Shown: one piece after another, positions 48,521 through 63,708 of the stretch
How the letters are laid out: every line of letters starts with the position of its first letter
Position numbering within the stretch: the first letter of the stretch is position 1
Assembly: GCA_964016885.1 (NCBI GenBank)
Contig: OZ024742.1
Coordinates: 189,968,001-190,032,000 of the forward strand
DNA from: Eledone cirrhosa
Lineage: Eukaryota
Reading direction: 5' to 3'
Length of the DNA: 64,000 nt
Position numbers and translations under genes: made by a program
The notes under the pieces: model-generated
Database searches by the model: none
Seen by the model: only the letters and a program-made list of their open reading frames with translations
What the model was told of the DNA's origin: nothing

Positions 48521-51064
48521 ATAGAATAGAATACGTCACGTATTACAATTAGATTCTCGATAAAAGCAAGGGAAGTAATCTACGCGTTTCATTCTTGTTA
48601 GAATTCATCAGGACTACATATCCAGTGCTTTTATCGAGAATGACACAGCTAGAGACTTATAGAATACTTAGCTGTGTACAGGAACTGGTTTGAAAGAGCG
48701 GTTGCCGGTCCGGCAGAAATTAGAAATTGGAATAAATGCTCTGAAATAGCGATATATATGTGAATATAGATATAGAATATTCGAAAATATTCTGTATGTT
48801 TATAATAAACATTTTGAAGACCTAATCGCTATAGAATAGAATACGTCACGTATTACAATTAGATTCTCGATAAAAGCAAGGGAAGTAATCTACGCGTTTC
48901 ATTCTTGTTAGAATTCATCAGGACTACATATCCAGTGCTTTTATCGAGAATGACACAGCTAGAGACTTATAGAATACTTAGCTGTGTACAGGAACTGGTT
49001 TGAAAGAGCGGTTGCCGGTCCGGCAGAAATTAGAAATTGGAATAAATGCTCTGAAATAGCGATATATATGTGAATATAGATATAGAATATTCGAAAATAT
49101 TCTGTATGTTTATAATAAACATTTTGAAGACCTAATCGCTATAGAATAGAATACGTCACGTATTACAATTAGATTCTCGATAAAAGCAAGGGAAGTAATC
49201 TACGCGTTTCATTCTTGTTAGAATTCATCAGGACTACATATCCAGTGCTTTTATCGAGAATGACACAGCTAGAGACTTATAGAATACTTAGCTGTGTACA
49301 GGAACTGGTTTGAAAGAGCGGTTGCCGGTCCGGCAGAAATTAGAAATTGGAATAAATGCTCTGAAATAGCGATATATATGTGAATATAGATATAGAATAT
49401 TCGAAAATATTCTGTATGTTTATAATAAACATTTTGAAGACCTAATCGCTATAGAATAGAATACGTCACGTATTACAATTAGATTCTCGATAAAAGCAAG
49501 GGAAGTAATCTACGCGTTTCATTCTTGTTAGAATTCATCAGGACTACATATCCAGTGCTTTTATCGAGAATGACACAGCTAGAGACTTATAGAATACTTA
49601 GCTGTGTACAGGAACTGGTTTGAAAGAGCGGTTGCCGGTCCGGCAGAAATTAGAAATTGGAATAAATGCTCTGAAATAGCGATATATATGTGAATATAGA
49701 TATAGAATATTCGAAAATATTCTGTATGTTTATAATAAACATTTTGAAGACCTAATCGCTATAGAATAGAATACGTCACGTATTACAATTAGATTCTCGA
49801 TAAAAGCAAGGGAAGTAATCTACGCGTTTCATTCTTGTTAGAATTCATCAGGACTACATATCCAGTGCTTTTATCGAGAATGACACAGCTAGAGACTTAT
49901 AGAATACTTAGCTGTGTACAGGAACTGGTTTGAAAGAGCGGTTGCCGGTCCGGCAGAAATTAGAAATTGGAATAAATGCTCTGAAATAGCGATATATATG
50001 TGAATATAGATATAGAATATTCGAAAATATTCTGTATGTTTATAATAAACATTTTGAAGACCTAATCGCTATAGAATAGAATACGTCACGTATTACAATT
50101 AGATTCTCGATAAAAGCAAGGGAAGTAATCTACGCGTTTCATTCTTGTTAGAATTCATCAGGACTACATATCCAGTGCTTTTATCGAGAATGACACAGCT
50201 AGAGACTTATAGAATACTTAGCTGTGTACAGGAACTGGTTTGAAAGAGCGGTTGCCGGTCCGGCAGAAATTAGAAATTGGAATAAATGCTCTGAAATAGC
50301 GATATATATGTGAATATAGATATAGAATATTCGAAAATATTCTGTATGTTTATAATAAACATTTTGAAGACCTAATCGCTATAGAATAGAATACGTCACG
50401 TATTACAATTAGATTCTCGATAAAAGCAAGGGAAGTAATCTACGCGTTTCATTCTTGTTAGAATTCATCAGGACTACATATCCAGTGCTTTTATCGAGAA
50501 TGACACAGCTAGAGACTTATAGAATACTTAGCTGTGTACAGGAACTGGTTTGAAAGAGCGGTTGCCGGTCCGGCAGAAATTAGAAATTGGAATAAATGCT
50601 CTGAAATAGCGATATATATGTGAATATAGATATAGAATATTCGAAAATATTCTGTATGTTTATAATAAACATTTTGAAGACCTAATCGCTATAGAATAGA
50701 ATACGTCACGTATTACAATTAGATTCTCGATAAAAGCAAGGGAAGTAATCTACGCGTTTCATTCTTGTTAGAATTCATCAGGACTACATATCCAGTGCTT
50801 TTATCGAGAATGACACAGCTAGAGACTTATAGAATACTTAGCTGTGTACAGGAACTGGTTTGAAAGAGCGGTTGCCGGTCCGGCAGAAATTAGAAATTGG
50901 AATAAATGCTCTGAAATAGCGATATATATGTGAATATAGATATAGAATATTCGAAAATATTCTGTATGTTTATAATAAACATTTTGAAGACCTAATCGCT
51001 ATAGAATTCGCTAAGTATTCTATAAGTCTCTAGCTGTGTCATTCTCGATAAAAGCACTGGATAT

Positions 51065-51107
51065 GTAGTCCTGATGAATTCTAACAAGAATGAAACGCGT
51101 AGATTAC
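51065..51107 (+). ncRNA. Minimal type I HHR of the 310-bp unit (first plus copy; recurs every 310 bp)
   Basis: gtagtc CTGATGA attc-taacaa-gaat GAAA cgcGTA gattac. Palindromic stem III ACGCGT. Predicted cleavage after 51101. Confidence 0.93.
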
Positions 51108-54100
51108 TTCCCTTGCTTTTATCGAGAATCTAATTGTAATACGTGACGTATTCTATTCTATAGCGATTAGGTCTTCAAAATGTTTATTATAAACATACAG
51201 AATATTTTCGAATATTCTATATCTATATTCACATATATATCGCTATTTCAGAGCATTTATTCCAATTTCTAATTTCTGCCGGACCGGCAACCGCTCTTTC
51301 AAACCAGTTCCTGTACACAGCTAAGTATTCTATAAGTCTCTAGCTGTGTCATTCTCGATAAAAGCACTGGATATGTAGTCCTGATGAATTCTAACAAGAA
51401 TGAAACGCGTAGATTACTTCCCTTGCTTTTATCGAGAATCTAATTGTAATACGTGACGTATTCTATTCTATAGCGATTAGGTCTTCAAAATGTTTATTAT
51501 AAACATACAGAATATTTTCGAATATTCTATATCTATATTCACATATATATCGCTATTTCAGAGCATTTATTCCAATTTCTAATTTCTGCCGGACCGGCAA
51601 CCGCTCTTTCAAACCAGTTCCTGTACACAGCTAAGTATTCTATAAGTCTCTAGCTGTGTCATTCTCGATAAAAGCACTGGATATGTAGTCCTGATGAATT
51701 CTAACAAGAATGAAACGCGTAGATTACTTCCCTTGCTTTTATCGAGAATCTAATTGTAATACGTGACGTATTCTATTCTATAGCGATTAGGTCTTCAAAA
51801 TGTTTATTATAAACATACAGAATATTTTCGAATATTCTATATCTATATTCACATATATATCGCTATTTCAGAGCATTTATTCCAATTTCTAATTTCTGCC
51901 GGACCGGCAACCGCTCTTTCAAACCAGTTCCTGTACACAGCTAAGTATTCTATAAGTCTCTAGCTGTGTCATTCTCGATAAAAGCACTGGATATGTAGTC
52001 CTGATGAATTCTAACAAGAATGAAACGCGTAGATTACTTCCCTTGCTTTTATCGAGAATCTAATTGTAATACGTGACGTATTCTATTCTATAGCGATTAG
52101 GTCTTCAAAATGTTTATTATAAACATACAGAATATTTTCGAATATTCTATATCTATATTCACATATATATCGCTATTTCAGAGCATTTATTCCAATTTCT
52201 AATTTCTGCCGGACCGGCAACCGCTCTTTCAAACCAGTTCCTGTACACAGCTAAGTATTCTATAAGTCTCTAGCTGTGTCATTCTCGATAAAAGCACTGG
52301 ATATGTAGTCCTGATGAATTCTAACAAGAATGAAACGCGTAGATTACTTCCCTTGCTTTTATCGAGAATCTAATTGTAATACGTGACGTATTCTATTCTA
52401 TAGCGATTAGGTCTTCAAAATGTTTATTATAAACATACAGAATATTTTCGAATATTCTATATCTATATTCACATATATATCGCTATTTCAGAGCATTTAT
52501 TCCAATTTCTAATTTCTGCCGGACCGGCAACCGCTCTTTCAAACCAGTTCCTGTACACAGCTAAGTATTCTATAAGTCTCTAGCTGTGTCATTCTCGATA
52601 AAAGCACTGGATATGTAGTCCTGATGAATTCTAACAAGAATGAAACGCGTAGATTACTTCCCTTGCTTTTATCGAGAATCTAATTGTAATACGTGACGTA
52701 TTCTATTCTATAGCGATTAGGTCTTCAAAATGTTTATTATAAACATACAGAATATTTTCGAATATTCTATATCTATATTCACATATATATCGCTATTTCA
52801 GAGCATTTATTCCAATTTCTAATTTCTGCCGGACCGGCAACCGCTCTTTCAAACCAGTTCCTGTACACAGCTAAGTATTCTATAAGTCTCTAGCTGTGTC
52901 ATTCTCGATAAAAGCACTGGATATGTAGTCCTGATGAATTCTAACAAGAATGAAACGCGTAGATTACTTCCCTTGCTTTTATCGAGAATCTAATTGTAAT
53001 ACGTGACGTATTCTATTCTATAGCGATTAGGTCTTCAAAATGTTTATTATAAACATACAGAATATTTTCGAATATTCTATATCTATATTCACATATATAT
53101 CGCTATTTCAGAGCATTTATTCCAATTTCTAATTTCTGCCGGACCGGCAACCGCTCTTTCAAACCAGTTCCTGTACACAGCTAAGTATTCTATAAGTCTC
53201 TAGCTGTGTCATTCTCGATAAAAGCACTGGATATGTAGTCCTGATGAATTCTAACAAGAATGAAACGCGTAGATTACTTCCCTTGCTTTTATCGAGAATC
53301 TAATTGTAATACGTGACGTATTCTATTCTATAGCGATTAGGTCTTCAAAATGTTTATTATAAACATACAGAATATTTTCGAATATTCTATATCTATATTC
53401 ACATATATATCGCTATTTCAGAGCATTTATTCCAATTTCTAATTTCTGCCGGACCGGCAACCGCTCTTTCAAACCAGTTCCTGTACACAGCTAAGTATTC
53501 TATAAGTCTCTAGCTGTGTCATTCTCGATAAAAGCACTGGATATGTAGTCCTGATGAATTCTAACAAGAATGAAACGCGTAGATTACTTCCCTTGCTTTT
53601 ATCGAGAATCTAATTGTAATACGTGACGTATTCTATTCTATAGCGATTAGGTCTTCAAAATGTTTATTATAAACATACAGAATATTTTCGAATATTCTAT
53701 ATCTATATTCACATATATATCGCTATTTCAGAGCATTTATTCCAATTTCTAATTTCTGCCGGACCGGCAACCGCTCTTTCAAACCAGTTCCTGTACACAG
53801 CTAAGTATTCTATAAGTCTCTAGCTGTGTCATTCTCGATAAAAGCACTGGATATGTAGTCCTGATGAATTCTAACAAGAATGAAACGCGTAGATTACTTC
53901 CCTTGCTTTTATCGAGAATCTAATTGTAATACGTGACGTATTCTATTCTATAGCGATTAGGTCTTCAAAATGTTTATTATAAACATACAGAATATTTTCG
54001 AATATTCTATATCTATATTCACATATATATCGCTATTTCAGAGCATTTATTCCAATTTCTAATTTCTGCCGGACCGGCAACCGCTCTTTCAAACCAGTTC

Positions 54101-54370
54101 CTGTACACAGCTAAGTATTCTATAAGTCTCTAGCTGTGTCATTCTCGATAAAAGCACTGGATATGTAGTCCTGATGAATTCTAACAAGAATGAAACGCGT
54201 AGATTACTTCCCTTGCTTTTATCGAGAATCTAATTGTAATACGTGACGTATTCTATTCTATAGCGATTAGGTCTTCAAAATGTTTATTATAAACATACAG
54301 AATATTTTCGAATATTCTATATCTATATTCACATATATATCGCTATTTCAGAGCATTTATTCCAATATAT

Positions 54371-54405
<35 letters not shown>

Positions 54406-54468
54406 AATATATATATATAAATATATATAAATAAATATATATATATAAATAAATATATATATATAAAT

Positions 54469-54503
<35 letters not shown>

Positions 54504-54587
54504 AATATATATATATAAATATATATATATAAATATATATATATATAAATATATATATATAAATATATATATATAAATAAAATATAT

Positions 54588-54639
<52 letters not shown>

Positions 54640-54649
54640 TTATATATAA

Positions 54650-54720
<71 letters not shown>

Positions 54721-54727
54721 AATATAT

Positions 54728-55099
54728 GTAGGAGGTGAGTTTTATTGTAGTACAATAAAGCAATGCAGATATCGGATAAGAAGCACTCTACAGTTTTTAG
54801 GACTGGAGTATGCATAATATAAGATCAAAAGATGGTTAAAGGAGTTCAATGTATTTTATTATGCGCATTTCAAAAACAAACATCATCATGCAATAATATT
54901 TGTGTTTTCATCAGATAAAACAGATAAATATGTTGATTTAAAACTGCACTATCCACAAGTGTGTTTTTTAGCCTTCATATCATGTTCTCCTGTTTTATCT
55001 GATGAAAACACAAATATTATTGCATGATGATGTTTGTTTTTGAAATGCGCATAATAAAATACATTGAACTCCTTTAACCATCTTTTGATCTCATATTAT
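54728..55099 (-). mobile_element. Foldback PLE-like terminus with an HHR in both arms
   Basis: ~110-bp inverted arms (54814-54923 / 54990-55099), ~86-nt unpaired tail, TA on both sides. Confidence 0.8.
54993..55059 (+). ncRNA. Type I HHR with a long stem II (mirror copy on minus at 54854-54920)
   Basis: ttttat CTGATGA aaacacaaata...tgtttgttttt GAAA tgcgcATA ataaaa. Palindromic stem III ATGCGCAT. Confidence 0.85.
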
Positions 55100-57122
<2,023 letters not shown>

Positions 57123-58653
57123 GAGAGAGAGAGGGGGGAGGGAGAAAGCTTCTACAGGACTAGAACTGTGTGTTTATGCCACGTAATGTAGCAGTTCGAT
57201 ACAAAGGAGATCGACAAAACAAGAACTGGGGACGATATGTACTAAATAAAGGTAGTACCCGAGTATGACAAACAAGTAAGACAGTTTTCTATCTGACCAC
57301 AATAAATTTGACGAGTTGTAGTGCACCTGAGCACTGTACACAATAATTTCATTATTATTTATTATTTTAGTATATATATAATCAACTTGAAAGGAATAAT
57401 TTTGTGGAAAGAAGCTGATATTAGTTATCTCCCTTGTGTATTTATATTCATTGCCTCTCACTTTTCCATAAGCGTATTTGATCTAAAAATATCTTAGGTT
57501 AATAGAACAATTATAAATTAAGAATCTTCTATTATCAATACACATTACTCCTGTTTAATATAAAGAGCGTTTTTTTAAACAATACGTTGAATCACACCAT
57601 CTATGATATATAATTACAGCAAGGTGTTGAATACCAGACCTTATTCTTCAGGGGAGTGAACCATGAAGCTCTCTAGTCAATTTCTAATTATAGACTTATA
57701 AGATTAAAACCCATTCCTCATTAATATTTACATCAACAACAACTACAGAAACACAAAGAGGAAATCAATAATCATTTACAATATAATCAATGTATTTAAC
57801 AACCTATTAATTATGTAGCTACAGTTTAGCATTAAATCTCACCACATTTTTCATATTTTAATAATAAAAAAATTACTGTTGGGATTATAAACATTATCTA
57901 CTTATTTTTGTGTATTAGTGCCACGCGAAGCTTTGTTAAGTTACTTAATTGTATGGTTTCTCATATATTATTCATTCACCCATTCAATATTTAAAAGCAA
58001 AATAGAAAAGAAACGGCTATTTATTATGTTGTTCGACAGAATGGTGTTATTGTGTGGCAACTCAACAAATTGTAAAGAACAAACAAGTAAAAATACAAAA
58101 CGAATAAATAATAGACAAGACAAACAGAATTTCTTAGTGCGAAAATGAAAGGTGAATGGATTTAAATCGATATTGTTCAACTGGAAGGACATTGAACGTC
58201 AGATTTAGTTTGATTTTAGTTTTACATCTTAATGTACTATTATTTCAATTAATTATGCATTCAAATAAACACAATTTATGTTCTTAAAATAGAGAGAGAA
58301 GGGGGGACTGGGAGAAGATTTGTACACTCAATCACACTACAGAAGGCGCTTGAGTTTCTAATAAGGTTTGAGATGATAGCGAGGCTAATAAGCTGAAATA
58401 ACCAAGCACTCTTGCGGACATCATTCGATACGTTGGTGAAGTGGATGCCCAAAATGACAATAACCTCGTCGTTAGAGATCCAACTCACCCAAACCTCTCA
58501 AACACTACTGACTGAAAAAAAAAATGTTCCTGATATTTTAGAATTATATTCCGTTCGGTAACGGATGTCGGGAACCTCCACTTTGCTGCAGCTTTCTGGA
58601 TAAAGGAAGAACAAATTCAACAAATCGAAAAGAAACAAATTATATTAATAATA

Positions 58654-58860
58654 GTTTCTGATTTAGGCAGAAGGCCAACGATTTTGCGGGGAAAGGCGGA
58701 ATGTCGATTTAATCAACCCAAATATGTTACTGGTACTTTATTTTATCGATGCCGTAAGGATGAAAGGCAAAGCTAACCTAAGCTGGATTTGAGATCAAAA
58801 CGTAACTATTCCACGAAGCATGATGTCCGGCGCTCTACCGATACTGTTGATCCACCACCC
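58654..58860 (-). mobile_element. tRNA-derived SINE (Meta-like central domain)
   Basis: Reverse complement of the family consensus gcctttcatccttacgg..tcgataaaataaagtaccag, with a degenerate tRNA head. Confidence 0.85.
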
Positions 58861-59035
58861 TAAATCAAATAAATAATAGACTTTGATTTAGGCACAAGGC
58901 CAGCAATTTAGGAGAAGGAGAATGTCGATTAAATCAACCCCAGTGCGTTACTGGTGCTTTAATATATCGACGCTGTAAGGATTTGAAATCAAAATATGAA
59001 GGGTTGTAACTCAAGTCTATGAAGCATGGTGGCCG

Positions 59036-59639
59036 CAGGGGTGTGCAACATATTCCATTGGTGGGCCACTTTAGAACATTGGAACAACTATTAGGACCAT
59101 TAATATTTACTAAGCACTATTCCAAAGATTCACCACAACTTCTTTCCATAACATGGAAGTGGTAAATTATAATACACAGAACCCTATCAGTGAAGCCCTT
59201 TAGCAGGGACCTCGTTTGCCTTAAAAGTGTGAGGGGGACAAACCAACATTTGTTGGTTCTTAAAGGAGCATAAATTGCTTATGGTGCCTTTCCCGGACCC
59301 TATCACATAAGTAACATTTTACGCTAATTAAATTTTATATATTCAAATGAAGTTCAGATATAAAAAAAAAATAAGCTTAAAAGAATTTATTATATCAAAT
59401 AAACAAAAAATAAAATATAGACGTTTGGAAAAGTGGGGTGGGGGCGTGTGCCCTGGTACCCCACTGAAATAAGGACCTTGCCCTTTAGTATAGGTCAACT
59501 AACAGAAAATTGTATAACGGTTACGAAAAAAATTCTAAATAAGTATACAAGGTAAAAATTAAAAACAGTCAACGCGGACCACTTTGACTGGTCTGGTGGG
59601 CCGGATTGTGGCCCCCGGGCCGCCCGTTGCACGCCCCTG
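59036..59639. mobile_element. Non-autonomous hAT-like DNA transposon
   Basis: 14-bp TIRs caggggtgtgcaac / gttgcacgcccctg (1 mismatch). GC-rich gggccg subterminal motifs. No clear TSD. Confidence 0.75.
59204..59480. mobile_element. Nested hAT-like MITE with 8-bp TSD
   Basis: ccctttag at 59196-59203 and 59481-59488. Imperfect TIRs cagggacctcgttt / aaataaggaccttg. Confidence 0.7.
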
Positions 59640-59685
59640 CTTTATCGATACTGCCAATCTATCGCCCTACATTAAATAAATAATA

Positions 59686-59879
59686 ACTTTTGATTTAGGC
59701 ATAAGGTAAACAATGAAATCGACTCCACTGCGTTACTGGTACTTTATTTGATCGACCCCGTAAGTATAGAAGGCAAAGCTAACTTCGGTGGAGTTTGAAA
59801 TCAGAACGCAAAGGGCCGTAACTCTATTCCGCAAAGCATGGTGTCCGACGTTCTACTGATACTGCCAACCCACCGCCCT
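59686..59879 (-). mobile_element. tRNA-derived SINE
   Basis: Same family; head ...tgatactgccaacccaccgcc. Confidence 0.85.
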
Positions 59880-60249
59880 AAATTAAATAAATAATAAAAT
59901 AAAAACAAAAATAAATACAACAAAGCAGAAAAAAATGTAAGAAAAACAGATTTAAATCGATATTGTTTTACTGGAAGGCCTTAGAACATTGTTATTAGTT
60001 TAATTAATATTTCAGGTGACAAATTGAGATACAGTAACAAGAAATTATAAATGACCAATGAGATTTTGACATGGCTTTTCTCTCATTGACGGCGTATCTC
60101 TCATGCGTGCGTATCGGATTTAGTCATAATTTATTTCACATAGAAATTACTTCTACTAAACTAGAACTGTTATATTCGTTTGAAATTATCAGGATGAATT
60201 AAATAGTTCTATTCACACCTCTTTAACTGTGCTCTCTTTGGAAAACCTT

Positions 60250-60322
<73 letters not shown>
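60250..60322. repeat. Compound microsatellite (CT)n(TA)n(TAGA)n
   Basis: Direct reading of the sequence. Confidence 0.95.
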
Positions 60323-60325
<3 letters not shown>

Positions 60326-61043
60326 ATCTACCAAAATATACGGTAGTGTCCAATCCGTATGAAGAACTCAATGTAATCCAAATATCATGAAAAGAGAAGA
60401 TGCATTCAAAAATTTTCGATGAAAATCACAGGAAAACAGAGTCAAGATAAATTAATAAAAACAATGAATAAAAACAAAGAACAAGTTACTTATATTAAAA
60501 AATTCATCATTTTACGATCGTTTCTAGGATATATATGTGTGTTGGTATGTATATCATATAGATCTATGTAAAAATATTACAAACTATCAGAGGAAATATA
60601 CATACCTTCACATATGTATGCTGTCTTCAGAAATAATGAGATTTGTTTATTGAAAAAAAAAACAACAAAGATTTAATATAATATATCTGTTTGGGAACCT
60701 ATTATATTAAATCTTTGTTGGTTTTTTTCAATAAACAAATCTCATTATTTCTGAAGACAGCATACATATGTCAGAAAGGCCCTTGCCATTCTGAGTTCAA
60801 ATCCCGCCGAGGTTAACTTTGCCTTTCATCCTTACGGGGTCGATAAAATAAAGTACCAGTAATTGCTGGCCTTGTGCCTAACGTAGAAACAATTATTTCT
60901 GAAGACAGCATATATATGTGAAGGTATGTATATTTCCTCTGATAGTTTGTAATATTTTTACATAGATCTATATGATATACATACCAACACACATATATAT
61001 CCTAGAAACGATCGTAAAATGATGAATTTTTTAATATATGGAA
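60320..61043 (-). mobile_element. Foldback PLE-like terminus; the arm is interrupted by a SINE
   Basis: ~60466-60683 is inverted against 60700-61040 once the SINE is removed. The ~145-nt tail is homologous to 30195-30328. Confidence 0.65.
60772..60891 (+). mobile_element. 5'-truncated SINE with a 28-bp TSD
   Basis: B box gagttcaaatcc. TSD attatttctgaagacagcata(c/t)atatgt at 60744-60771 and 60892-60919. Confidence 0.88.
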
Positions 61044-61205
61044 CGTGTTCTTTGTTTTTATTAATGTGTGTGTGAGTGTGTGAGTGTGAGTGTGTGTGTG
61101 TTTTGGTTTTTTTTACAGAGTAAAATGACTGGAGGCCGGGCAGGTTGAATTTCCTCAATTATTTATTTCTGCAAACACCATGCGCATTTCAGTAGCCAGG
61201 TTACG

Positions 61206-61253
<48 letters not shown>

Positions 61254-61802
61254 AAATAAAATTTGATGCTTTCTCCGTATTTTTTACTAAATAAATTTTA
61301 GCCTGATAATGGGGTTTAGAACCCTCTAAGAAATGGAAAATGTATATAAAGTTGAAAATAAAATAAAATAAAACCGTGAATGCAAAAATGCAAAGTCTTA
61401 TTACGTTCACGCTTAGAGGAAATGGAGGAGGGCTCTACGTTTTGGATGGAAGTCCTTTATCAGGAAAGTTTGGATATGGAGAGAACAGGTAGGTGCATTA
61501 AAGGTGTTACGTGAAAGTTAGGAAATGTTTGTTAGGCTAGTGGTCCGGCATTCGTGAGTAGGGGCCGAAGTGCCAGGCCCAGGTGTGTCATGTGTGTGGT
61601 TGTGTGTATGTCGATGGGATGAAATTGGTAGGTGTGCATTATTGCTTCAGTTTGTGTGAGTGTGTGTGGGGGGGTGAATACATGGGTGTCTCTGAATCTT
61701 ATAGGGTCTGTGTAGGGTCGGCTGAAGATACTCTTATGGACTGACCAGATGAGGTTTATTTTTTAACATAGTCTCCGGAAAGAAACAATGAAAATATTAA
61801 TA

Positions 61803-61983
61803 ATTGTTTCTACTTTAGGCACAAGGCCAGCAATAACCAGTACATTACTGGTACTTTATTTTATCGACCCCGTAAGGATGAAAGGCAAAGTTAACCTCGG
61901 CGGGATTTGAACTCAGAATGGCAAGGGCCATAACTCAATGCGTCAAAGCATTGCGTCCGACCCTCTACCGATACTGCCAATCC
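61803..61983 (-). mobile_element. tRNA-derived SINE
   Basis: A box tggcagtatcgg and B box gagttcaaatcc on the minus strand. Confidence 0.88.
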
Positions 61984-62171
61984 TTGAAATTAATATATGT
62001 TAGATTTCCAAGCTGTAGCATCAATTCTTCATAGTCAACTTGTGAATTTTTCAGCCGACACTCGTATATCGTTGATTCCTGATCTAGATCGACCATTTTG
62101 ATACTAAACTGTCTAAAACTGCCGCTGATCTTACGATACTAAGCTGTTGATTTTAAAATATTTACATTTAA

Positions 62172-62831
62172 CTAAAAAATTATTCTGAGTTCGCAGTATC
62201 GGTAGAGGGTCTGACATGCTAAAAAAATATTCTAAGTTGGCAGTATCGGTAGAGGGTCTGACATGCTAAAAAAATATTCTAAGTTGGCAGTATCGGTAGA
62301 GGGTCTGACATGCTAAAAAAATATTCTAAGTTGGCAGTATCGGTAGAGGGTCTGACATGCTAATAAAATATTCTAAGTTGGCAGTATCGGTAGAGGGTCT
62401 GACATGCTAAAAAAATATTCTAAGTTGGCAGTATCGGTAGAGGGTCTGACATGCTAATAAAATATTCTAAGTTGGCAGGATCGGTAGAGGGTCTGACATG
62501 CTAAAAAAGTATTCTAAGTTGGCAGTATCGGTAGAGGGTCTGACATGCTAATAAAATATTCTAAGTTGGCAGGATCGGTAGAGGGTCTGACATGCTAAAA
62601 AAATATTCTAAGTTGGCAGTATCGGTAGAGGGTCTGACATGCTAAAAAAATATTCTAAGTTGGCAGTATCGGTAGAGGGTCTGACATGCTAAAAAAATAT
62701 TCTAAGTTGGCAGTATCGGTAGAGGGTCTGACATGCTAAAAAAATATTCTAAGTTGGCAGTATCGGTAGAGGGTCTGACATGCTAAAAAAATATTCTAAG
62801 TTGGCAGTATCGGTAGAGGGTCTGACATGCT
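62172..62831 (+). repeat. 47-bp minisatellite (14 copies) containing the SINE head / A box
   Basis: gcagtatcggtagagggtctgacatgctaaaaaaatattctaagttg at 62193, 62240, 62287 ... 62804. Confidence 0.95.
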
Positions 62832-62975
62832 TTCCAGCATAGCCACGTCCCTTTACAATCTGAGTTCAAATCCCGCCGAGGTTAACTTTGCCTTTCATCC
62901 TTACGGAGTCGATAAAATAAAGTACCAGTAATGTACTGGGATAATTGCTGGCGTTGTGCCAAAAGAAGAAAACAA
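62801..62975 (+). mobile_element. tRNA-derived SINE whose head seeds the minisatellite
   Basis: The last repeat continues into the B box and the central domain. Confidence 0.85.
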
Positions 62976-62994
62976 TTATTATTTTAAGTTATAA

Positions 62995-63207
62995 GGTCGG
63001 TGGATTGGCAGTATTGGTAGAGAGTCGGACACAATGCTTTACAGCAGAGTTACGTCCCTTTACGGTCTGAGTTCAAATCCTGCCGAGGTTAACTTTGCCT
63101 TTCATCCTTACGGGGTCGATAAAATCAAGCACCAGTAACGTAATGGGGTCAATTTAATCGACTTTCCCCTTCCCCCAAATTACTGGCCTTGTGCATATAC
63201 TAGAAAT
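62995..63207 (+). mobile_element. tRNA-derived SINE, full length
   Basis: A box tggcagtattgg, B box gagttcaaatcc, gcctttcatccttacggggtcgataaaat and 3' ctggccttgtgc..tagaaa. Confidence 0.9.
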
Positions 63208-63217
63208 CATTATAATT

Positions 63218-63390
63218 CTAAGCACAAGGTCAATAATTTTGGGTGAAGGGAAAGTCGATTACATCGACCCAGTACGTGACTGGTACTTTATTTTATCGAC
63301 CCCAAAAAGATGAAAGGTAAAGCTAGCCGTGACACGATTTGAACTCAGAATGTAAAGGGACGTAATTTTAAGTAGGTTGTCCGACGCTCT
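63218..63390 (-). mobile_element. tRNA-derived SINE, diverged
   Basis: Reverse-strand match to the same family. A further 3' fragment lies at ~63398-63445. Confidence 0.8.
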
Positions 63391-63491
63391 TATTATATTT
63401 GTTTCTACTTTAGGCACAAGGCCAGCACTTACCCAGTTCATTACTTGCTAATCCATCAGAATGGTAGTTGCATTATTAAATCCCTCCAGAG

Positions 63492-63708
63492 CAGCGGATT
63501 GGTAGTATTGGTAGAGCGTCGGACAAGATGCTTCGCAGCATAGAGTTACGAGCCTTTACTTTCTGAGATCAAATCCTGCCGAGGTTAGCTTTGCCTTTAA
63601 TCCTTACGGGGTCGATAAAATAAAGCACCAATAATACACTGGGGTTGATTTAATCGACCCCCCCCCCCTCCCTCAAATTTCTGGCCTTGTGCCTAAAGTA
63701 GAAACAAT
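63492..63708 (+). mobile_element. tRNA-derived SINE, full length
   Basis: Same family motifs as 62995-63207. Confidence 0.9.

Larger units (their letters stand above)
58880..59667 (-). mobile_element. SINE copy interrupted by a hAT-like MITE
   Basis: SINE body at 58880-59035; the head resumes at 59640-59667 (gatactgccaatc). Confidence 0.75.

Noticed and set aside
58276-58525. Possible host exon (70-aa ORF next to a polypyrimidine/AG acceptor on the minus strand)
   Set aside because: All frames after the acceptor hit stops quickly and the peptide matches no family I recognise.
58160-59990. ~38-bp similarity atttaaatcgatattgtt..actggaagg at ~58160 and ~59950
   Set aside because: Too short and diverged to interpret. 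Probably an old repeat fragment.
61200-61790. GT-rich unique segment next to a short TA tract, possibly another PLE 3' end
   Set aside because: No canonical HHR, inverted arm or recognisable ORF motif.
62995-63085. tRNA genes
   Set aside because: The A and B boxes belong to SINE heads followed by the SINE body. No cloverleaf could be formed.
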